Assembly: GCA_004431415.1 (NCBI GenBank) | Contig: QPMI01000210.1 | Coordinates: 62,001 to 126,000, forward strand | Reading direction: 5' to 3' | DNA from: Cyanophora paradoxa CCMP329 | Lineage: Eukaryota > Plantae > Glaucophyta | Length of the DNA stretch: 64,000 nucleotides | Shown here: piece by piece, positions 23,937-32,200 of the stretch | How the letters are laid out: every line of letters starts with the position of its first letter | Numbering within the stretch: position 1 is the first letter of the stretch | The notes under the pieces: model-generated | Seen by the model: only the letters and a program-made list of their open reading frames with translations | The model's database searches: none | Told to the model about the DNA's origin: nothing | Program-made: the position numbers and the translations under genes

Positions 23937-24221
23937 TCAGCTCACTGGGGAGGGGAGGGCCTCGATCACGGCTACGCGAATATTCGAGAGTCTAAATCTG
24001 GCGCTGGGGCTGGCGACGGCGTACAGGGTGATCTCGTTCTTGGCGGGATTGAGCATGATGTGCTGGAAGCAGTCGCCCTTGCGGCACTCCAGCGAGATGT
24101 TGCGCAGCAGCCTGCAGTAGTTGAAGCAGATCTCGCCGTTCTCGTCGAGATCCTCGTCCATGGCCTCGTACTCGAAGATGCCGAAGGTGAGGCAGCAGGT
24201 GAAGTACTTGGGGGCGCACAT
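23937..24221 (-). CDS. Small intronless hypothetical protein (94 aa), viral-like island
   Basis: Clean ORF with consistent codon use, preceded by the same upstream motifs as its neighbours. Confidence 0.6.
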   Translation of the reverse strand: MCAPKYFTCCLTFGIFEYEAMDEDLDENGEICFNYCRLLRNISLECRKGDCFQHIMLNPAKNEITLYAVASPSARFRLSNIRVAVIEALPSPVS

Positions 24222-24352
24222 TCTCTCGTTTGCTTGCTGATAAAGTGTGAGGAAACGAGGCCCCGCGCACCCTCTTAAGGCCCCGCGTCAGGTGAGCTTC
24301 AGACAAAGCCAGAAAACACGTGTTCAATTTCAGAGGGGCTACACTGTCAATT

Positions 24353-24835
24353 TCAGCACGGCTGCGGGATCTTGGCCTCGAGATCAAAGGTAATCGACCT
24401 ATCGTCTATGCTAAAGGGATAATCGCACTGCTGGTGCAGCTGGTCGCGCTTGACGACCATCGAGCCCATCGCCCTGCGCGTCACCCAGATGTCGCACTCG
24501 TCGTGCTTGCCGAAGAAGGTGTAGGCAAGGGCGCGGCCCGAGGGCGAGATCGCCGCCCAGAACGCGGCCCACTCCGGCACGACGACGGTGTCGGAATTCA
24601 GGCGCCCCGCGGCGAAGGTGATGATGCCGGCCGTGTGCCCAACGTGGGTCTTGATGCAGGAGATGAGGGTGAAGGAGAGGCCATCGTCGGCGAGCTTCAT
24701 GAGGAGGGTCTTGCCGGGGCAGTCCCTGCAGTCGTAAACTACGCCGTGCTTGAGAACTTCCACCTCGCGTTCGATGGGCTCGCCGATCACGCGCACGGTG
24801 TATTCCTCGACGTTGAACTGGGCGACAAGGGCCAT
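24353..24835 (-). CDS. Intronless hypothetical protein (160 aa), viral-like island
   Basis: Clean ORF with beta-rich composition, preceded by a TATA-like element and TCAGGTGA repeats. Confidence 0.65.
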   Translation of the reverse strand: MALVAQFNVEEYTVRVIGEPIEREVEVLKHGVVYDCRDCPGKTLLMKLADDGLSFTLISCIKTHVGHTAGIITFAAGRLNSDTVVVPEWAAFWAAISPSGRALAYTFFGKHDECDIWVTRRAMGSMVVKRDQLHQQCDYPFSIDDRSITFDLEAKIPQPC

Positions 24836-24867
24836 GTTGCCTGCTGGTTGCGTTGAGAGAGATTGAG

Positions 24868-24964
24868 AGTGTGAGGGGAACGCCGCGTGCCGCGCGCTTA
24901 TAAAGGCCGTTCAGGTGAGCGCTCAGCTGAGGGTCAGGTGAGCGCTCAGCTGACGTTCAGGTGA
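24868..24964 (-). promoter_or_regulatory. Putative island promoter: TCAGGTGA/TCAGCTGA repeats, TATA-like element and CACACT
   Basis: tcaggtgagcgctcagctga at 24911-24930 and 24934-24953, a third TCAGGTGA at 24957, and TTATAA near 24898-24903. The same motifs occur upstream of 24221 and 23826. Confidence 0.55.
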
Positions 24965-24982
24965 GGGCAACTTGAAAATTCG

Positions 24983-25034
24983 GCGTCATTTACGTCCGCG
25001 TCATTTACGTCAGCGTCATTTACGTCACGGAGTT
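24983..25034 (+). repeat. 52-bp direct repeat copy 1 (3 x GCGTCATTTACGTC, 15-bp period)
   Basis: Identical to 25814-25865. Confidence 0.92.
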
Positions 25035-25121
25035 GGGACTCGGCCCTGGCCCCGGGCCCAGGCCTCGCCCGTAAAAAAAAGGACTTGGACTTGGCGCCAT
25101 TTTCTAAAGCTCTGCTGTACC

Positions 25122-25505
25122 ATGGAGCCCGCTATCTCCCAGCTAGTCTCTCAGGGCGCCAAGCTCGACAAGGCCCTGAACATCTACCTTCAGCTGATCG
25201 AGCTGGCCTGGCCCGAGCCAATGATAGCTCAGGCCTGCAAATCGCTCCACGTGGCGTTCGATGCGCCGTTCTCAGGTGACCCGGATCAGGTGACATCCTG
25301 GACCAAGGAGGAGATAAAGGCCGACTTCGAGGCGCTTTTCTCATTTATGAGCAAGAAGTATGCCGAAATCGAAGCAGCTAAGGCCTCAGCAGCCGAAGGC
25401 GGTGAAGCCCCAGCCGAAGGCCCTGCCGGCGACGAAGGCACCGAAGTTCAAGGCGCTGGGCCCTCTGCAGAGGGCGAAGGCCAAGGCAGACCTGCGTCCG
25501 CGTAG
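25122..25505 (+). CDS. Hypothetical protein (127 aa) with an acidic tail, between the 52-bp repeats
   Basis: MEPAISQLVSQGAKLDKALNIYLQLIELAWPE..; intronless; starts ~90 nt after repeat copy 1. Confidence 0.55.
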   Translation: MEPAISQLVSQGAKLDKALNIYLQLIELAWPEPMIAQACKSLHVAFDAPFSGDPDQVTSWTKEEIKADFEALFSFMSKKYAEIEAAKASAAEGGEAPAEGPAGDEGTEVQGAGPSAEGEGQGRPASA

Positions 25506-25767
25506 CCCCAAGGAGATAGCCAAGGAGGCCAGCAGCCACAGGCCCGACTGGCCGGCGCCGGCGCCCTACCGCTACCTCAAGCTGGACAAGAGCAACGATA
25601 CGGGCTTCACCAGGAGGAGGTGGCCTGAGCCCCTCAGGTGGCTGGAGCCAAGGGAGATCAAGTCCGGAGGCGGTATCGAGCTAGCGCTAGCGCTGGGCGG
25701 CGGCGGTGCAGACTTGGAAGAGCAGGCCCTGCTAGATACCATCAACTTGGGCCAGGTAGAGCTGTGA
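25360..25767 (+). CDS. Possible overlapping basic (Lys/Pro-rich) protein (135 aa)
   Basis: ATG-initiated ORF overlapping the previous ORF by 146 nt in another frame. Its unique 3' part (RPDWPAPAPYRYLKLDKSNDTGF) looks protein-like. Confidence 0.35.
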   Translation: MPKSKQLRPQQPKAVKPQPKALPATKAPKFKALGPLQRAKAKADLRPRSPKEIAKEASSHRPDWPAPAPYRYLKLDKSNDTGFTRRRWPEPLRWLEPREIKSGGGIELALALGGGGADLEEQALLDTINLGQVEL

Positions 25768-25813
25768 TATCTAGCTAGCGCTAGCGCTTGCTGAATTAAT
25801 TAACCGAAGGGTC

Positions 25814-25865
25814 GCGTCATTTACGTCCGCGTCATTTACGTCAGCGTCATTTACGTCACGGAGTT
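25814..25865 (+). repeat. 52-bp direct repeat copy 2 (3 x GCGTCATTTACGTC)
   Basis: Identical to 24983-25034, with degenerate similarity continuing ~55 nt downstream. Confidence 0.92.
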
Positions 25866-25939
25866 TGCCGGCGACTCGGGACCTGGGCCAGGGCCCGAGA
25901 AAAAAAATTCGAGACTTGGAAAAATAGGGTATCCCTAAT

Positions 25940-26083
25940 ACCGCTAGTACCAGTTAGTACCAGTAGCTACTAGTACCGCTAGTACTACGTAGTACTACTT
26001 AGTACTACTACTGTACTACTTAGTACTACTACTGTACTACTTAGTACTACTTGCTCAGTACTACTAGCTACCGGTACTGGTAC
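25940..26083. repeat. GTAC/TAGTACTAC low-complexity minisatellite
   Basis: Repeated agtactac units, including a 21-bp tandem unit (gtactacttagtactactact). Confidence 0.8.
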
Positions 26084-27108
26084 ACCTTTTTGGCAGGAGT
26101 CGTTGTCCATGGAGCGCATGCCGGGGCGCCGCCGCCTTGAGCTTCGGCCTCCGCCCTCCTGGGCCTCTGGCCCCCCGGCCCCCGGCCCGCGGCAGCCGTC
26201 GCCCCGGCCCCCATCCGGATCGCGGGGCGGGATGCCATGATGCCTATAGACCCGGGGCGGGATGCCTCATGATCACCGAGTCAGCTGCGCACGCCCGTGC
26301 GCTCGACAGCGTTAGCGCTAGCGCTAGCGCAATACAGCGCTCGCCCGCCGCCCAGTCGCTCGAAGCGCTAGCGCATCTAGCGCTGCGCTAGCGCTTGCGC
26401 ATGCATGCAATTGTCCCCGCGCCGGCTCGAGCTTGACTCAGTGAGCTTGAGTGCCGTCACGGCTTGATATTTCCTCTACCCCCACTTCGGGCTTCACCTC
26501 CCTACCCCTGCGTCCAACTTTTCAAACTTTCTCTGCGCATTCCTCCCGGGCATGGTGCAGATGGCGATCACACCATCATGCGTGCCATTGATGGTGTGAT
26601 GGCGCGCGCAGGGCATCTACGTTCGTCAGCCTCGGAGCTGCGTCCCGCGCCTGCGGATTCGCTGTCTCGAGAACAAGCCTCAGCTCAGCACCTCGGCGAA
26701 GAAGGCCCTGCGGTGCACGGAGGACGCGTGCAGGGGCGCGATGATGCTGCTCGCTTCGGGGCAGCAGGCTCGTGCTGCGGCGCTTCTGCGGGTTCGTGGA
26801 GAAAGAGTTTTAAATTCCAACCCGCCCGCTGCGCCGATCAAATCGGGCTCGCATTGACTTTCGCGGCGTCGCGCAGCGCGCGCTAGGCTTGGGCGCGGAC
26901 GAGGCCGCTTCTGCCGTGAACCGGCTTGGTGAGCAGCTCAGCGGCCTGATCGTCGGCGGACACGGCCAACGCGCCTGATCATCTCTCATGATCACCTTTC
27001 AGCTCATTTCCTTGCTCTTTGTACTTCACACGTCAAGCTAGGCCGTTTGTATAAAATGTACAGTTGAATATCTGCCTTCGAACGTAGCTTCGGCGGGCAG
27101 CTGCAGCC

Positions 27109-28870
27109 TCAGCGGACGGGCCGCACGGCGACTGCGGCGTCGCCCCAGGCGGCGAGGGCTGCGCGCAGCGAGGCCTCGGGGAGGCCCGGGCGGGCGTGGG
27201 CGACCAGCGCCGGCCGGGGGCGGCGCTCGGCGAGGCGCGCGAGGGCGGCGTAGGGCTCCGGGCCGGCGAAGATGTGGTCCACCTCGACGCGCTCCAGGGG
27301 CCCCGCCACCGAGGCGAGGCCCGCCGCCTCCTCCACGCTCAGCGCCCGCTCGCAGGCGGAAAAGAAGCGGCGGAGGGCGCGCGCGCCGGCGGCGATGAGG
27401 CGGGCGGCGGCGGGGGCGGGGCCGGCTCGCGGCCGGGCCGGCAGACGAGCTCGAGGTCGAGGACGGCGAGCCGGGGGAAGGAGCCCTCGAGGAGGGCGGC
27501 GGCCGCCTCGGCGAGGGCGGGGCCGGCGAGCAGGCGGAGGGCGAGGCGGCGCAGCGGCAGCGGGGCCAGGCACGCCACCCGCCCCGCCGAGCCCTCGTCC
27601 AGCTGCGGCCCGCTCTTTAGGGGCGGGGGCGGGGGGGCGGGGGGTACGGCGCACGCAGAGGTCGAGTGCCTCGAGGGAGGAGAAGCGGGGCAGGGAGGGG
27701 AGGACGTCGGGGGGCAGGGGCGGCGAGGGCGCCTCGTCGAAGCCGCGGAGGGCGAGGGAGAGGAGGCGCGGGGCGGCGGGGCCGGCGGCGAGGGCGGAGA
27801 GCCCCTCGAGGGGCTCGGCGCTGGGGCCGCCCGGGCGGAGGGAGAGGTGGAGGGAGAGGCGGAGCTCCTGGAGGCGGGGGAAGCGGGCCACGGCCGCCAC
27901 GGAGGCCGGCGAGGCGGCGGGGAGGGCCAGCGCGGAGAGGGAGGGGAGGGCGGCGGCGAGGGCGGCGACGGCCTCGGGCGGGGTGCAGAGCTGGCTGGGG
28001 GCGAGGGCGAGCTCGCGGAGGGCGGGGAGGCGGGCGAGGAGGGCGGCGAGGGCGTCCCCGGGCAGCAGGCAGGCCGCGGAGGCGAGGGGCCCCAGGAGGG
28101 CGAGGGAGCGCAGGCGCGGCGCCCGCTCTAGGGCGGCGACGAGGGCGGCGGCGAGGGCGCCGAGGGAGGGCAGGCGGGGGCGGAGGGCGTCGGGGTCGAG
28201 GCCGGCGTCGCGCTGCAGGTCCTCGTGCGGCCAGACGCCCCCGAAGGCGCCCAGCTCCGCCCCCTCCAGGTGCCCCGCGAGGCCCGCGAGGAGCAGGCAC
28301 CCCCCCGCGCCCGCCCTCACCACCGCCGCCCGCCTGCACTCGCCGAGAGCGAACTCGTCACGGGCTGTTCGACCCTAGCTGTGGGATCGCGCGCCCTAGC
28401 TCATCGTCACGTACCGTGCGCGCCGCGCGGCGTCGCTACCGCTGCTGTAAAAGCTGTCGCAGGCGAGCACGAGGGAGACACGCCGCACGCCGAGCAGCGC
28501 GCCAATCTCCACGCGCTGCCCGCGCCGCGGCGATCAGGCGCAACGCATTAGGCGTCCGCAAAGCGCACCGTCAGCCACGATCGTACGCAAGCCTCGAAGA
28601 ACGCAGGCTCGCCAGGGTGGGCGCCGATGCTGGCCGGGAGGCGCAGCTCAGGGAATACGACGGTCCGCACCGCCGCGCAGAAGCGCCTGCTGACGAGCGC
28701 AAGCTTGCCGGTTTCGAAGGCGTCGTGCAGGGAGAGTCGGCCCAAAATCTCGACCAGGAGAGCGTCGGGCAGCCGATCGAGCGGCGATGTCGGCGCCAGT
28801 TTGCGGCGCGACGAGCTACGATATCGATCGCTTGTGCGGCGCCGGCGCCCGCTCGCCGGACTGCGCTACA
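27109..28870 (-). CDS. F-box / LRR-like protein (spliced; 5' exon not located)
   Basis: PLDRLPDALLVEILGRLSLHDAFETGKLALVSRRF (F-box), then APRLRSLAL, LPALRELAL, FPRLQELRL, FSSLEALDL repeats. Confidence 0.7.
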
Positions 28871-29234
28871 GCTTGTACATATGCATGTACGTGTAGTTTT
28901 TCGCCGTCGACGTCCTTGTCCGATACCCCCCATAGCCAGCGAACGAAGGGCTTCTCCCCCGGCCCTGGACTCCAGCCAGGCTTAAAAAAGCTTGGATCAA
29001 ATTGGACTGTCAAATTCGCCAGTGAGCTCGAGCCGGCAGTGTCGCGCGCGGCGCAAAATCGCACTGCCGGTTTTATGGACCGACATCCTACAGGCTTGCT
29101 TCAGAGGCCCAACGGAGGCCAAGAATCGGTCAATCGAAGGGCCCATGGCCATGACCAGCGGAGGCCAAGCCCGTCACAGCTCCCGGGCCAGGCCGGGACG
29201 TCGACGATTGAGAAAAGAAAGGCCGCGCCCATAG

Positions 29235-32200
29235 CTAGGGATCACCCCGACTTGGCGCGGCGGCGCTTGGTGGGGGCGGCCCCGCCGGCGGGGGCCTCCC
29301 CGCCGGGCTCCTCGCTGGCGCCCTCGGGGGCGGCCGGCCGCTTGCCGTTGCCCTCGCGCCGCTGCTTCGTGCCGCTCTTCTCGCGGCGCCTGCGGGAGGG
29401 CTCCTCCCCCGCCTCGGGCTCGCGCTCCTCGGGGGCCGAGGCCGGGGGCGGCGTCTCCTCCGAGGGCGGCACGTCGAAGTGCACCCGCTTCGCCGTCCCC
29501 TGCGCCCGCCCCCCGCCCCCTCCTTCTCCTCCTCCTCGTCCTGCGCGGCGACCCGCACGCCGACGACCGCCCGCACGACCGAGGCCGCCCCGCCGGCCAC
29601 GGCGCTCGCCGCCGCCACGATCGCCGCCTGTGCCGCCGCCGCCCCGCCGGGAGTCCCGCCCGCCTCGCGCTCCCCGGCGCGCTTGTGCCGGGCGCTCCCG
29701 GGCGAGCTGGCGGCGGGGGATGGGCGGGCGGCCGAGGAGGCCGAGGGGGAGCCGCGGCTGGAGCCCCCGATCGAGAGCACGAACTGCGGCGTCGTCGGCG
29801 GCGCTGAAGCGGCGCGCAGGCCAGGGCGGGGCGGGGCGGACGCTGTCCCAGGAGAAGGCGCGGGCGTCGCCCCCGAAGGCGGCCCGGTCCTCCCGCTCGT
29901 GGACCACCACGAGGTCCGCCCCGGCCACCTCCTCGGCGGCGCTCAGCAGCCGCCCGCCCCCGAACTGCCCGCGCGTCACACCGGGGCGGGGCGCGGGAGA
30001 GGGGGGAGGGAGGGGGCAGGGCGCACGTCCTGGACGAGGACGCGGAGGGTGCGCCACTTATCGCGGTGCTGCTCGCGGAAGCGCTGCGTCGCCGCCACCC
30101 GCTTCCCCTTCAGGGCCGACTCCTGCGGCGCCTCCCCGTACCGCGTCTCCTCCAGGAAGCTGCGGGGCGCTGAGGGGCGGCAGGGGCGCCGGCTCGAGGC
30201 GGGCGCACCGGCCGGCGCGGTGCGAGGCCTCGAGCCACTCGACGGGGAGGAGCCAGCGGCCCGTGAGCACCCCCGCGAGCGTCTTCACTGCGCGCGCCAG
30301 CGCGCCTCGAGGCCGGCGGGAGGAGGCAGGGGCGGCGGGGCCGGCGGGCGGGGCGCGGCGCACGCGTGCGGGCGCCCGGCGGGGCGACGAAGTGCGTGGC
30401 GCGCTCGTCGATGGTCTGCCCGCTCGTCTCCGCGGCGACCTGCGCCGCCATCGGGCGGCCGCTGGGGAAAGGAGCGGGAAGGGTGCGGACCTCGCCGCCG
30501 AGGTCCCGGACCATGCGCTGGAGGCGCGCCTTGGCCTCCGCGGGGAGACCCCGCCCTCCCCTTCATCCCCGTCACCAGCACCACTGCCCGCCCCGTCAGC
30601 GCCCCGGCGTTCGGCGAAGGGCGGCGGCGCGGCGCACCCGGGACCCGCCCGCGCGAGCGGCGGAAGCTGCTGGCGGCGGCGGCGGCCGACTCGGCCGCAG
30701 ACGCCGGGCTCGCGCGCAGGCCTGCCACCGGGTGCCCGAGCCGCCGGCCGCGCTGCCCCGCCCGCCCCCCGCCGCCCGCGGGGCGCGCCTCGGGGCCCCC
30801 TCCGCATCGCCCTCCGCCCCCTCCGCCTCGTCGGAGGGGCCTCCCTCCTCCGCGCCCTCGCCCTCGCCCTCGCCCTCGTTCTCGCCGTCGCCCTCCTCGT
30901 CGGCGTCGGCGGCGTGCGCGTCGGAGCGCCGCATAGAGCGCCGGTCGATCTCCAGCACCTCCGGTGCCGCCCCCGGCCGCACGGGCGTCCGCGTGCCCTC
31001 CACGGACCCCTCCGCGCCACCCTTCTTCGCCGCCGCCGCAGCTGCGAGGCGCGCGCGGGTCTCCGCCGCCTCTGCCTCCGCCTTCGCAACGGCGGCCTCG
31101 AGGAGAGTCACCTGCGGCCCGTCAGCGCACCAGCCGCGCGCTGCGGAGGGGCGGCACGGCGCGCCTGCTCGGCCGCCGCCGTCCGTGCCGCCTGTGCCTC
31201 GGCGAGCGCGGCGATGCGGGCGGCGTCGGCCTCGGCGGCGACTGCGGCCGAGCGCTGCGCCTCGGCCTGCGCGAGGAGGAGCGCCTCGGCCGCCTGCCCC
31301 GCCGCCGCCTCCGCGAGCCGCGCCTCCTCCCGCGCCCTCGACGCCGCTCCTCCGCCTCCTCGCCCGCCGCCGCAGCTCCCCGCGCTCCTCCCCCGCCGCC
31401 GCCGCCGCCGTTGCCGCCTCCTCCTCGGCCCTCGCGGCCCGCTGCTCGGCCTCCCGCAGGCGCCCCTCCAGCTCCTCCACGCGGGCCGCCGCCTCTCTCG
31501 CGCGCGCCTCCGCCGCCTCCGCCTCCGCCGCCCGCCGCTCGGCCGCCGCCAGCGCCTCCGCCTGCGCCGCCTCGCGCTCCCGGGCCTCCTGCAGCGCCGC
31601 CTCCGCCGCCGCGCGCAGGGCCTCCGCCTCCTCCGCCGACAGCCGTGCAATGTCCGCCGCCTCCTCTGCCGCTGTAGCGCGCCCGTCCGCCTCGCGCGCC
31701 GCCCGCTCCGCATCCTCCAGCGCGGCCTCAGCGGCCGCGGCGCGCTCGGCGGCCGCGGTGCTGGCCGCCTCGGCCTCCTCCGCGGCGAGGCGGGCCGACT
31801 CCAGCGCCGCAGCGAGCGCCCCGAGGCGCGCCTGGGCGTCCAGCAGGGCTCCCTCCGCGTCCAGAGCGCGCTCCTCGGCGGCGGCCTGCGCGGCCTCCGC
31901 CTGGGCGCGCCCGGCGGCGGCGGCTTCGGCACGCGCCTCGGCCTCCGCCAGCGCCTCCTGCGCGAGCTCCTTCCCGGCCGCGAGGCCCCGAGGCGCTCCT
32001 CCAGCGCCGCCCGCTCCTTCAGCGCCGCCGCCTCCGCCGCCTCCGCCGCGCCTCCGCCTCGGCCGCCCGCCGCTCGGCCGCCGCCAGCGTCTCCGCCTGC
32101 GCCGCCTCGCGCTCCCGGGCCTCCTGCAGCGCCGCCTCCGCCGCCGCGCGCTGGGCCTCCGCCTCCTCCGCAGCGAGCCGCGCTGCGTCCGCCGCCTCCG

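Larger units (their letters stand above)
20182..25925. mobile_element. Putative endogenous viral element (Nucleocytoviricota-related fragment)
   Basis: Abrupt change to lower GC and tightly packed, largely intronless ORFs, including NCLDV-type SSB and DUF5767-like genes, with island-specific repeats. Boundaries are approximate; no TIR or TSD was recognised. Confidence 0.7.

Noticed and set aside
24983-25865. CRISPR-like interpretation of the GCGTCATTTACGTC repeats
   Set aside because: Units are 14 bp with 1-nt separators, there are no unique spacers or cas genes, and the context is eukaryotic.
20190-26090. Terminal inverted repeats or target-site duplication of a Polinton/DNA transposon around the island
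   Set aside because: Only 6-8-bp matches between the ends were seen by eye, and there is no pPolB, integrase or transposase.
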